From assembly GCF_001194135.2 (NCBI RefSeq), contig NC_068997.1, positions 41,104,897-41,168,896 of the forward strand: a DNA stretch of 64,000 nt, written 5' to 3'. Shown in pieces: positions 12,912-26,022 of the stretch. The position numbers were made by a program, and so were the translations under genes. The stretch is from Octopus bimaculoides. Taxonomy: Eukaryota. The notes under the pieces are model-generated. The model ran no database searches. It saw only the letters and a list, made by a program, of their open reading frames with translations, and was not told the origin of the DNA. Every line of letters begins with the position of its first letter. Positions within the stretch are counted from its first letter, which is position 1.

Positions 12912-13883
12912 CTATGTGCACTGAACTCATGTTTTGCTGAAAATCTGATTGCAAATATAGCAGTGTGTGTTTGCTTCATCAACTTATTTTGTCTTGTGTA
13001 TGTTCAGAGGTACAGATAATAAATGCAGCTATGGCACACAAAGATGGATTTAGTCAGTGTGTGGTAGTTTTAATTCCTTAGGGGTTTCATAACTGTTGGA
13101 ACAATTATAGACCAACAGAAACGCTAAACTGAATACCTAAAAGCTTCCTTCTTTCCTCTGAGTTTAAATCCTACAAGGAATAGTTCAATAAGTACCAAGA
13201 ATGCAATGGGGTCATTTCTAACTCAATTTACACACTTCTCTACTAATTAGTGATGTTTTGTCAATAAGAGATATATTATTAGGATTTGGATACCCAGTTC
13301 ATATTTTGAGCGGGTTCACTGAGTTTGACCTGATTGTTGTATTTGTTTACAGTAATGTTGCTTTGTGACTTGTGTTTCTAAGACAGATGGAGGAGATTAG
13401 AAAACTAAAGCTTATAATTTATTGATATTTTCTTCTGTTTTTAATATATCTATATATTGACAAGTGGTTTGACATATGTGAAATCTGTTTTGTAAAATGA
13501 ATTTAATACACACACACACACACACGCACACATACATACATGTATATATTATATACATAATCCAAATTTGTTGGGCTACATGAATTGTATATGAACACTG
13601 ATGGAAAAATCACACACACATACATGTACAGAGCAATGTTGTTATAATTTGTTGCCCCAAGAAGTGATATGCTAACTTCAAATTGAAATAAAAGTCAGCA
13701 ATTAGAAATATTCTTGATTTAACTTAGAACCTTTGAGATTTATACATCTATCATTTATCACTGCATTTATTAAATAGACTGTCATGGTTTTTAACTAGCA
13801 AAATTTATTATGTTTAGTCTTCATTCATTTAACAATGAAATAAATGTAATACTTAAAACCTGTTCAGAACAGGATTGTTTCAA

Positions 13884-14319
13884 CCCTTAGGCATCTAAAC
13901 CGACCATATCTAACCCAAATATATTCTACCTGTTTTTATGATCAAACTGGCCAACTCTAGCCTCCCTCACCTTCCCTAAAAATAAACTGTCACATCATTG
14001 AAATGTCAGAACTATGAGATAATGCATGATTAACCCTTTTGTTACCATATTTCTGTTAACAACATATGCTGTCTTTGTTTCAATTAATTTTTGAAATAAT
14101 GAAGTATTTAGTAAAATAACTTTCTCGTTATTAAGCTGGGGTCTGGAACAAATTAGCTTAAAATTTTCATGAAAGATTATCATTTAGACCACTTTGAAAC
14201 AGTAAGTTTATGTCATAGAATCTGGGGTGATCTCAAGTGAGTTGGCATCAAAAATGTTAATTCAAAATGGTATGAATAAATAAGCATTACATTTGCCAGA
14301 GTAGTCTGAATGCTAAGAG
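13884..14319 (+). mobile_element. piggyBac-type MITE (family C) interrupted by a second piggyBac-type MITE (family D, 14034-14256)
   Basis: Outer termini cccttaggcat and atgctaagag; the inner element TTAA|CCCTTTTGTTACC...TGGCATCAAAAATG|TTAA sits at a duplicated TTAA. Confidence 0.75.
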
Positions 14320-17164
14320 TTAGCGCTATTTTCATTATAATTGACTAAAGGAATGAAAATTTCTTCTCAGTATATTTTGAAACAATGAAAACTATTGATT
14401 AACTTCAACATTTTTGAGTTTGTATTGCTACAATATTTTTAGAGATGTATTTTAACAAGGTATGAATAGTTTAATATGTTCTTACTTGATGAATCCCTTT
14501 ATAGTTATCTTCTACAAGTTGTTTCAATTTTTGAACATTAGTTATTGAAAGAAATGTAAAAGCAAATTCTGGTTCTAAAGTGTGAAACAAAACCTATTTT
14601 CACTTTATCCAGCCATGAGATTTACAAATAGATTAACCCTCTAGAAATGAAACCTACAAAAACCTCACAATCAAAAACTAGACAGAATCCTGTTTTAGGA
14701 GATATAAACAAGATTAAGGATAATATCATTTCAAATGCTGTAATGCACACACACACATATATGTATATATTTACACACACACGCATATATATATATATAT
14801 ATATATATATTCACACGCACACTCATATATACATAAAAATCTCAATAAAGAAAAATATATTTATTCTTGAAGAAATTGGCTCAGTTTTCCTCTTAGTACC
14901 AACATAGGAGCTAATAAACAGCAGATGTTTTGGTTGTTTTGTAATTGTTATAACTCATTTTTACTGGTCCCATTTTCTCAATTTAATATACTTTGTTTGT
15001 TTCCCCACTCACCCCTATTACAGTTAAACAAAAATTGCTGTGGAAGCATTCTGACAGTAGATGACACAGTAGTATTATATGCTGTATGCTTCACCACCAA
15101 AATTGATGATCACTTTATTATAAATTTTGCCATTTTCCTCCCTTGTTTCCTGATAATAATAATAATCCACAGTTCTATTTTACTGCAGAAGAATTTTCTT
15201 TTGACCTTAGGCTTGCATGATTTTCAAAACTTTATCTTTGAAAATGAAGCCTACATTATCACTTCTATTTGTGAAACTACCATGTTTCCCAGTCATTACT
15301 TTCCTAAGAAATCATATCTAACAATCCTTAACTATAGACAAGTGGCTGCTCTCTGCTCTGCAAGTGTTCTGAAGTGAAAGAGAGACTAAAAGAGAACATT
15401 GTAATACAAAATCCAATGTAGAGTGTGTAAAGTAGTTTGATGTCAATTTGCCACCAACTTATGCAACCAAGTTAGCATCTCTCTGGACCCACCTAGAAAG
15501 TTGATTAGGGGATTGGCTATATTTATTTAACAGTGTTAAGACAGCCCAGCTTAGCTTCTTGGAAATGGCATTCCTGTCAAGAGACAGTAATTTTCTGTTA
15601 GAGATATCCAGTTGAGCTGAATAAAGCTTATATACTGCTAGTCCTGTTTTTACAAAACAGCCAGATGCCAATACAATACTTAGCGATCGTAATAGCAATC
15701 ATCGCAATAGTTAGATTTGATACAAGGTTCTTATCTTAATGCCTGGTTTGAATCAGATTGGATTTTGTGTTATAAATGATTACACAATTATGTAGATGGT
15801 GTCAAACTAATTTAAAAGATAGTTGGTTTTGAACTTCAATCTACTTGAATTTATTAAAAGAGGAAAATGTTTACCTGTTATTATATATAAATGCGTATAT
15901 AACATTATCTTACTAGTAATTAATGTACTGAAAATGTCAATGCTATCAAAAATAAGAAAGCTACTTCAGTACTGCAACTCTCCCACAATCCTATTACTAG
16001 TACAGTTGAGATATATTTGTAATGCTGCTTCATTAAAATATGAACAATTATTTCAACTGGCTGAAGAAGTAATAAGTACATCTGAACAGGAACTATGCAT
16101 TAATGTGTATTTGTAAAACTACATTTATGCCAGTCTTTTTTTCAACAACCAGACTGCTTAATGATACACAACATATTTTCTTTTATATAGATTTTTATCT
16201 TATCTCTCTCTCTCTTAAAGCTCGTCTATTTGCCAAACTTTAATGTATCAGTACAAATTTTATAGCAAGATTAGGTTTCAGAGATATTTCAAAATATTTT
16301 TGACATAATGCTCTTTGCACTTTTTTCTTTTGGTATATGAATTTTACATGGAATATTTTAATAAATTTTAAGTAATTTAACCCTTTATTAGCCATATGTG
16401 TTGCAAATATTGGAGATTTTGGAGGATTTTAATAAGATATTAATGTGATATGTGGAGTGCAACTGTGTGAGGCATGTTGATAGTGGTTAAAGTTAGATTT
16501 AACAGTCTTTGTGTTTTTAAGAAACACATTATGTATAAAAAGAGAAATTTAATGTGTCTACTAATATACCTTAAAAAGTATTTCTGTACCAAAAAGTAAA
16601 ATATAATTTGATAGTCTTCTTTGGAATAACCAAGGCAGTTGTTGTAAATATTGTTTATACTGAAGATGTAAAAAAGAAGTCTTTTGCAAGGCCTAAGCTG
16701 TAATGACGAAATCAAACCAAATAAGTTGGAGCCAGGATTCATTTATAGTCTTACAAAATGGTTGTTAAATCATTGTTTTTATTGGCTGGTGTCCAATGTA
16801 TTGAATGTTATTTCATATAAGTGCTGTTGGGATATTGTTGAGCATCACAGACACTATAATAGTGATATAACAACAGTGCCAAAGATAGTCAGCCACTCAC
16901 CGTTCTTATCGGGTTTGATTCTTGAATAACAGAAGTCAAAAAGTGTGATACGTTGGTGTTTAACTTCAAAAAATGAATATATTCATAATAAATATTTACC
17001 CCTGTCAACAATATGTGTGATTGTCCATTATCAGAAAAAGACCTGATAAAAAGTTACCAGTATGTAGTTGTATTTCAGCTGAACTGACAAAAAAGACTTG
17101 GTTCTCCAGGTTATTGGATTTCATGAAATTTGTTCAGTTTTCAGTTTAAGTGATTCACAAAAGA

Positions 17165-17350
17165 ATCATCGTCATCATCATCGTTGTCATCGTCATTTAA
17201 TGTCCGCTTTCAATGCCAGCAGGGGTTGGACAGTTTTACATGGAGCTGGCTAGCAGGGAACTGTCCCGACTCCAATTGCCTGTTGTGACAGGGTTTCTAC
17301 AGTTGGATGCCCTTCCTAATGTCAACCATTTAACAGTGTGCTGGTTGCTT
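17165..17350 (-). mobile_element. RTE-like LINE/SINE 3' tail (family E); further copies near 20545, 21945, 26035, 27595, 39130, 51905 and 53155 (all -) and 43770 (+)
   Basis: (CAT)n followed by ttaa(t/c)gtccgctt...ccatgc...gggtt(g)gac, and ggatgcccttcctaatg(t/c)caacca, recalled as the typical RTE-clade 3' end with a (GAT)n tail. Clade call not verified. Confidence 0.55.
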
Positions 17351-17444
17351 TGGAAATCTAGAAGCATTGAAATATTCTTAGCACGTTTAGTGTATCATCA
17401 CTGAATACCCAAGTTATATTAAGGTCTCAATATATCATACACGA

Positions 17445-17679
17445 AAGGTGGCGAGCTGGCAGAAACGTTAGCACGCTGGGCAAAATGCTTAGCGGTATTT
17501 TGTCTGTCTTTACGTTCTGAGTTCAAATTCTGCTGAGGTTGACTTTGCCTTTCATCCTTTCGGGGTCAATTAAATAAATACCAGTTACACATTGGGGTCG
17601 ATGTAATCGACTTAATCCTTTTGTCTGTCCTTGTTTGTCCCTTCTATGTTTAGCCCCCTGTGGGCAATAAAGAAATAAA
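17445..17679 (+). mobile_element. SINE family A, well-preserved copy
   Basis: Head with A-box-like TGGCAGAAACG and B-box-like GAGTTCAAATTC; central gaggttgactttgcctttcatcctttcggggtc; more than 15 copies in the window. Confidence 0.8.
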
Positions 17680-18822
17680 TATATCAAACACTATAATGGT
17701 AATACTTTCCCAACAAACATACCTTCAGAATCAATTATTTTAATACTTGTTACAATATTTGCTTTTAAGAGACTTAGTTATATGTTATTCCTTTCTTTCT
17801 ATTTTTGATAACTGCGAATCTGCCTTAATGGACAGACTAAGAGATTCTGTTAGTTACATAGTTGAGATTACTTGTTACTATCTATTTATTATATATGGTG
17901 ATTTGGAAAATAATAGCATCATGATTACCGGTTTGTGTGCCAATCATTTGGTCACTGGATTCTGGATGGTATTTGTGGCAAGGGAATGACTATAACTTAG
18001 TGTAGCAGAAATATCGTAAGGAGCATTATTGGAAGAGCACTGTTAGTCACTTTTTCACCAACATTTGCATTCTTTATCATTAAAATGAGCAAAATATAGC
18101 CACATGCTACCAATTTCCGCTCGCCAGGTAACTCTTTGGTAAAAGTTGCTTACCAAAGTGCTGTACAGTGGGATTGAACCTGAAACCTCATAGCCACAAA
18201 TCAAATTCTTTAACCATTCACCAATATCTGCACCTTTGAAATAAAAGTTACAAATTTGGAATTAAATATTGCTGTTTTTCTGTAAGGAATTTTACAGAAT
18301 ATATTTTGATAATTCTTCAATTATTATATTTATGAAAGATGATAATTAAGTTGTAATCAACATAAGATTCAGTTTTATCAAATGTTCTTTAATAATGTCA
18401 AAAAAAGAAAAAAGTATTAGCTCTACATATTTTTATTTGGCTATTTTTCATATGATCCAAAATTCTTCATTCTGATTGCTAAAAATTATTCTTACTTGTT
18501 TTGAATAAAACCTTTCTGTTTGTAGTTGGGGATTTTAGAAAATTAGAAAAGAGAAGCATTAGACACTCATTCCTTAATTTCAAGTGAACAAACATTGAGA
18601 TATGATCCTTGACAGAGCACCTGCTCTATTGATAATTAACCACTTATGCTATAAGAAAAAGAAAACCGGCAATTTATTCTGTAGTTCAGTGAAGTTACAT
18701 TTTAGGCAAAGGTTAAATTTTACTTTGTAATAGGGAAAGAATTTCAGGCTTTCAAAAAGCAAATTTCATAATATATATAATGATAGATGATAAAATTATA
18801 GATTTTATATATCTATGTATGC

Positions 18823-18875
<53 letters not shown>

Positions 18876-19519
18876 CACACATACATACATACACACACAA
18901 ACACACATACACACAGTAAGAGAGATATTACCATGTGTATATATGTTTTTAATATACATGACTACTTTTATATATTATATATGTAATATGCATACATATA
19001 TGAATTATATCGATAAAAAGTTTTTATAATATATTAAATGAAAATGTGTGTGTGTTTATAGGTATGTATGTACATCTATGTTTCTGTAGTTTTATCATGA
19101 CACACTCACACACACACACACATATATAACAAGTGTATTATACATAGAGGTATATGTATACATACATACATATTATATATTACATACACACATACATAAT
19201 ATGTCACACTGGTTAGACCTAAAAATTACATCACACATACATACATCTCTGGAGTAATAAACCTTATAAGTCTTAATTTAGTGTGTGTCTGTGTCTGTCT
19301 GTGTGTTTGCAAATATTTGTTCTTGCAACATAATTTTGCTGCCAAAATGAAAAGAGCTCAAGAGCTAACTTGATTATAACCAGGAATCTCCTATATCTTT
19401 AGTAAGCCAACACTTCCCAGACACAAGTGGAACAGATTTATTTAACACCCATTTTCCGGATCAAATTAGTTTCTAGTTCTCATATGACATACACCCACCT
19501 CACCCCCACACAAACAGCC

Positions 19520-20040
19520 AGCTTTTAATTGCCTCTGGGAATACTTTCTTTCCAAAGCTTTGACATATCAGGAAGCTGTTATACTATTGGATGGTATAAA
19601 AGAAAGCACACAACTGACAGTAAACACTTTCAAAAAACATTATCAACATCTACACTCATTCAGATCGTGTCACAGACAAGTTTACATCCTTATCTCAGTC
19701 TATCTGAAAGCTCAAAGACTAAGAATGGGACTGCACTCCATTTCCATGGGACACCATGGTTCAAAGCATTACATTCTTTAACAAATAACCAAAGTGAAGG
19801 CTTTGCTGAATTGAAAAGTTCCAGATATCAAAACAGCCAGGAATATGACTGATCCAGCGCTTAGAGATATTATCTAATTGCCAGAGGTTGAAATTCTTCT
19901 TTGACAGCTTCCATATGAAAATCTAAGTGCCGTCCAATGATTGGTTTCCTTTTCACCATAGCAGTTCAGCTTGGTCACTAAGCATCATCTTGGCAGATGC
20001 ATATGGACATAAGTAAGAACATTCAGTAAATATTGCCTGA
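19520..20040 (+). mobile_element. Decayed LINE ORF2 C-terminal fragment
   Basis: YLKAQRLRMGLHSIS resembles the YKAQIRPxMEYCSHIW region seen in the 6290-7290 element; highly degenerate. Confidence 0.4.
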
Positions 20041-20138
20041 CCATGTATATGATACGTGCATGTAGGATATACATGTGAAATTCTGAGTTGCAATACAATA
20101 TATTATTAATAGACACACAGAATGTGTGTGCTTATACA

Positions 20139-20219
<81 letters not shown>

Positions 20220-20266
20220 TTCCAAGGCCATCTACTTATAAGAATGAGTCTTACAGGCTCAGTTAA

Positions 20267-20454
20267 CCCTCTTTAGCCTTTAAACCGGCCATATCTAGCC
20301 AAAATATTCTGCTCGCTTTATGTTCAAACTAGCCATATCTTGCTTCTCACATCTACTCTACAATGTCGTTCTAAAAATAAATAATCACTTCCTGAAAACT
20401 TTGATACTACAGGACAATTCATGATTTTGCCAAAATAATCTGAGTGCTAAGAGG
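20267..20454 (+). mobile_element. piggyBac-type MITE family C (internally deleted)
   Basis: TTAA flanks at 20263-66 and 20455-58; body homologous to 55215-55435. Confidence 0.7.
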
Positions 20455-22741
20455 TTAAAGACACACCAGTCAAGAAACTTGCTTCAATTCAACTAATTAG
20501 CTTTCTCTCATGTTTATGGTTTTGCTTATATATTTATATACAGATATACATCATCATTTAACATCCATTTACCGATGCTGGCTTAGGTTGAACAGACAGG
20601 ACATTCATTTATATACAGCCATACATACACAGATACACATACACGCATATAGATAGACAAATGCATATATCCTAACCTTCAATGCAGCCCTTCACATAAA
20701 AGAGATGAGTTTTCTTGGGTTCCATAGCAACATGCCCTGCTTCACTTAATGCTTGTTAATGACCCATGAAGTGAAGACGACTTCTTATTTCAGCTGTATA
20801 TCTGTTACCCAGAAGAAGTTAGGTTATTCCAAGGTAGTTCAACACAACTAAATGGACCATCCATGTCAACAAGCAACTTCTGTGCCTGGATAACAATACT
20901 TTGCATGGTTACATGCTTAAATCTTAAGGTAGCAGTTAGTGAAATCATTAGATGTTATAATTAGTGCAAATCAAATATTTTATTGCTTTTACTTAACTAG
21001 GAGGTTATTTAGAAAAACCATCTCCAAGACAAGCTGCCTTTTCTATGTCTAAAGAGCACAAGTCTACCTGTCACCGCCAGTAGTCCTACAGCACTATTAT
21101 TCACCATCACAAGTATCTTTATGCCACCTCATAAGTGTGTGTTTCTACAAGGCTCTCCACTGAAGAGAATGCCAATCAGTCTTAGGGTCAACTTCTCACC
21201 AAGTTGTCACTGGTACCCAGTTTCAAGTGGGGAGACTGAGAAACATCAAATTAAGTGCCTTTACTTAAGGAAGAACACAATGCTCCTTCAGCTCCAAGAA
21301 TCAGTCTCTATAATCTCATGATTTGAGAGCAGAGGATCCAAATCACTACATGTGTGTGTGTGTATTTATAGTGGGTAAAAAGTGGATGAGTTAAAGATTA
21401 ACATTATTAGTTTGGCTATCAGAGGAATGGTAAGAGTTTTAAGGTGTTGTAGATATTGTCCTTCTTTACAATAGCGAATAGAGTGGAAAGGATGAAGGAA
21501 TTATGAGAGAAATATAAATAAAAGATGCAATCAAAAAGAAAATACCCACATGAGGTTTGTGTAATGGTGTCCGTACGTACATATACATACATATATACAT
21601 ACATACATATATATTTATATATATATATATATGCAGTTTCACAGAGAAAGAGAAATTGATGTGGATTCTCCAAATCCAGTCTGTTAGTGGCACAGTGAAG
21701 ATTTGTAAGATATTCCCAAACTCTCAATCTGAGATTCTTATGTGAATAAACGCACTCACTTGGATGTATGCATCGACAGTTCAATCCCAGCACACCAACT
21801 CAACCACAAATTTACAAACATCAGGAACTCTCTTAACTCGAAAAGTTTTATCACTTTGTTAGCAACTGGCTTGAACTCTCAAGAACTTAAATAAAATTCA
21901 TACATACATACATACATAGATATATGCGCACAATATACCTTATATATATGATTGTCACCATCATTATTTAACATCCTAGCATGGGTTTGCTGGTTTGATG
22001 GCATCCAAGAAGCTAGAGGACTATGTCAAGCTCCAATGTCTTCTATAATATGCTTTCTACAGTTGGGTGCTATTTTCATGACCCTAGCACTAAGGAAATT
22101 ACCAAGTGAGTTGCGAGATAAAGTATTGTGTAGTTGAGGGGGAGGTGGCTTTACGCCAGGTGTGGAAAAGCTAAAGCATTATAGAGAGACAGGCACCACA
22201 AGTGTCTTGCTATAGAAGAGGTGCATGACTTCCTCACATTATATAAGCGTGGTTGAGGTTAGCTGGAAAGAAGATAAAGATGGCGGTGTTGATATTTCAG
22301 AGCAAATTCTCCTAGTACATGAAGGTGAGTATAATTGAGAATAAGGAGTGAGGAATAATGGGGAGAATGTGTAAGTTTATGACAGACTAACATTTTATAT
22401 GCATACACACACACACACGTACATATATACATACACATCACTGATGTGATAGGCAACATGGGAATGTGACCTATGTGTGTGATTTAGCCATTAAATGATG
22501 CCACACCACTGGCTAAGCAGGCAGGCCATTTATCTCCTCAGTTTAGCTGACTTTCAGCCTCTCTGAATAAATTTTATGCCCATTTTGGCAAAGGCAGTCC
22601 ACCAGCATGGGTGTTAGTTCAGTACCTTTGTGGCTAGGTTGGACCTCCAGGCTATATGTAGTTATACCGAAAAAGACCATAGCCACCAAACAGCCTGGAG
22701 TGCTGCTGCATCTCATTGAAGCACCAAAGTAGGATTTACAG

Positions 22742-22776
<35 letters not shown>

Positions 22777-22782
<6 letters not shown>

Positions 22783-22916
22783 TCTTTTATTAAAGCTGCA
22801 AAATGATCACAGAACTGTTGCTCAGAGTTTCACATTCCCATTCATTGGACAAGCGGGAACATGAAACTCTGAGTAATGGTTCTGTAAAAATGTTGCAGCT
22901 TTAATAAAAAGTATAT
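22777..22916. repeat. Fold-back inverted repeat, about 60-bp arms and 15-nt loop
   Basis: Includes exact complementary blocks ttttattaaagctgcaa/ttgcagctttaataaaa and ctcagagtttca/tgaaactctgag. Confidence 0.9.
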
Positions 22917-23186
22917 TACTCCACCCTTGGTGTACGAGTATTATTTTTTCCAGCTTATTTTGCAGTTATGTGCTCAGCTGTGTGTACACACACACTCACT
23001 CATATAACATATAAGCACAGGCATAGCTGCATAGTGACAAAGCTCACTTTATACCCATGTTCCAAGTTCGTTCCCATTATTTGGCACTGCTTTCATCTTG
23101 GTTCAAGCAACTGTTTCAGTATTTCAAGACTGAATGTATTTTGGCCTTTGAACAGCCAATTGGAGATTGATGCATGATATAAAATA

Positions 23187-23411
23187 CAGAAAACCCTCGA
23201 CTATTGCAGGTGTTACATTCCAAAAACCCCTGTGATAGGTGAAAATCCACAAAGCAGAAACAGTACTGTACCATATATTTTTTTTATTATTATTTTTATA
23301 ATTTGTATATATTTATTTTATTATAAATGCAAAATAACACCACAGAGGAATCGACGTAAGCTTAAATAATAAACTTTGATAGGTGAACCGTGATATGGCA
23401 AGGGATTACTG
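23187..23411. mobile_element. Tigger/pogo-like (Tc1/mariner) MITE
   Basis: TA|CAGAAAACCCTCG...CAAGGGATTACTG|TA: imperfect TIRs with TA duplication. Confidence 0.65.
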
Positions 23412-23420
23412 TAGTTAACT

Positions 23421-23750
23421 TTTATCTTTTACTTGTTTCAGTCATTAGACTGTGGCCATGCTGGAGCACCACCTTGAATTTTTAGTCAAATGAATCAACC
23501 CCACTACTTTTTTTTTTCTAAGCCTGGTACTTATTCTATCAGTCTCTTTTGCCGAACTGTTAAGTTATGGAGATACAAACACATCAATACTATACATATA
23601 TATACGACGTGCTTCTTTCAGTTTCTGTCTGCCAAATCCACTCAAGGCTATGGTAGAAGACACTTTGCCCAAGGTGTCATCTGTGGGACTGAACCCAGAA
23701 CTATGTGGTTTAGAAACAAGCTTCTTACTACCCAGCCACACCTGCACCTA
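23421..23750 (-). mobile_element. SINE family B
   Basis: Homologous to 28031-28420. Confidence 0.8.
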
Positions 23751-23859
23751 AAGTTAGCTAACATTGTTAGTATGTTGGGACTTTGTTTTTGCTAGTCTTT
23801 AAACGTTACAAGCTTGTTTTTCACTGATACTTTAAAACTACATTTTCATATAAACAAAG

Positions 23860-24500
23860 ATGCTCTTTGTTGTATTTTCCTCATCTAGATTATCTTCCTC
23901 TTCCTCCTCTAATATGGGCTTTCAATTCCAACCAGTTTTCCATCGATATTAGCAGCAATTTTCTCTGCAGAATTTCTAGTTCTATCACATCTGCTAAATG
24001 GGCAGCACTTCACAGACGTCATTGGATAAGAATGTTCAGAGTGTACTGGAACAGATTTTAGTTTCAACAACATTTCCATCTAAGGTGGCCTTTCCACTCT
24101 AGTTTTTCACCAGCTATAAAACTTCTCAAGTTATTTGATGCCCTTAAAGAGTTGCCTGCATGAAAGTAGTAGGATTGCTTTATTCTATTCCCTTTATTAA
24201 CCATGAATAGTTCAAATTTACTGTCATTTACTTTCATGTTGATCTACTCAGATCATTTGATAACAGCATTTAAGATCAGATTGAAACATTCACAGCAATT
24301 TCTGGTTTTATTTTGGAATGTTGAATATTTTGCTCATCCAGAGCATTTATATGAATAATGCAAATGATGGAGTCCTCAGTAGTTATTTGGTTATGAATGC
24401 TCATGGCCATTGCTGAGTCTCAGTATACTCAGTTGCCAATCATCTGCTGCATTCTGTTGTCATCACCTTGAATAATTTTCCATGAATGCCAATGCCTGAG
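23860..24500 (-). mobile_element. Decayed LINE (CR1/L2-like) RT C-terminal fragment
   Basis: Minus-strand translation INMKVNDSKFELF...KLEWKGHL...ADVIELEILQR resembles NxMxFNxxKFxxL...LxWxxHI...DIxxLExVQR. Confidence 0.55.
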
Positions 24501-25855
24501 AGCTATATATGCAGAAAGGCATGATCCATTGTGTGAACATGTGTGTGAGTATGCATGCGTGTGTGTGTGCACATGTAGGTAAACATGTTTACATCAGTTG
24601 ACCTCAAGCATAAAGTTTCATTAGATCACAGTTCATCCTTGTTTCCAAAGAATATAAGCATGAATCTAGTCTGCTGGAAAGTGACCATCACCCAGTAATT
24701 GCTGGTAGTCATTTCACGTTAAGTACGCTAGAGCAATGTCAAATAAAGTACATTGCTCAAGAACATAACGCATGGCTTGCTGCAAGAATCTCATCCACAA
24801 TCTTATTGATCACAAGCATAACACCCTACCTACTAGGCCACATGCCTTTGCATGTGTGCATGCACACACACACATGCACAGAGGCACATGTATACACACT
24901 TACCCAATGAATGTTAGATTGATGTCATTTAATAATGTCTCTGCTGCATCATCAAAATACTGTTCATGTAACATTTTGACAGTAATGGTAAACATGTTAA
25001 TATCTGAAGAAAGAAGAGAGTACTAATCAGATGTGTCACGTTGTGAAATCGATGATTAAGTGGATATATTATTCATTAAAACTTTTCATTATTTTATCAA
25101 CAAAAGATACATCGTGGACTTTTGAAAATGATTGTGTTTTATTCTTTATTTATTGAAGTTCTCTAAACGATTTAGCTGTTTTCTAAACAGGTGCCATAAT
25201 GTCAAGTAATTCAGTGTCAGAGGAAGACGTAACAATGCCATTCAAACTTGCTTTTGTTTAATTCATTAGGCTTGAAGTTGCATTCTTTTGTTTCTCTGTG
25301 TAGTGTTAGTTATTACCAAAGTGGAAGGGTGCCTTATCTCTGGCTTTCACTTAATGTTTTCAGGAATTGGTAAATGGATTTCACTATTGTTGAATTAAAT
25401 TCAATGATAAAAATATTTATGTTGACTTGCACTTCATAAAAAACAGGAAGATATAAATAAATAAATAAATAAATCCATAGCCTCAAAGCAACTAAGCTGA
25501 CTTGCTTGTTCTTTTAAATGTGACTATTTCATATATTCTCTCTAAATGAGACAAAAATTATGAGACATAAGAATTAATTCCGTTAAGAGAAATTAGTTCT
25601 GTTATTGAAATTAGTAAATCATTTGTAACTGAAATTAGTGATGAGTTTTTCACGTTTCATGGTACACGTTTTTCTTTCAGTATGGAGTTACCTCAACATG
25701 TTGCTTTTGTTTAAATTGCAAGAGTCGTTATAGTGTTTTCTCTGCTCTAGATTCTGTTTTAATTATATTGGATTGAGGAAATTGTATTTTTAGTAAAACG
25801 TAATTTTTCAAATTCTTAAATTAGTATCAAGTGTACACACACATACACTCATGTG

Positions 25856-25899
<44 letters not shown>

Positions 25900-26022
25900 N
25901 NNNNNNNNNNNNNNNNNNNNNNNNNNNNNNNNNNNNNNNNNNNNNNNNNNNNNNNNNNNNNNNNNNNNNNNNNNNNNNNNNNNNNNNNNNNNNNNNNNNN
26001 NNNNNNNNNNNNNNNNNNNNNN
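25900..26022. other. Assembly gap (N run); further gaps at 55553-55562 and 56817-56893
   Basis: Runs of N adjoining microsatellite or poly-A sequence. Confidence 1.
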
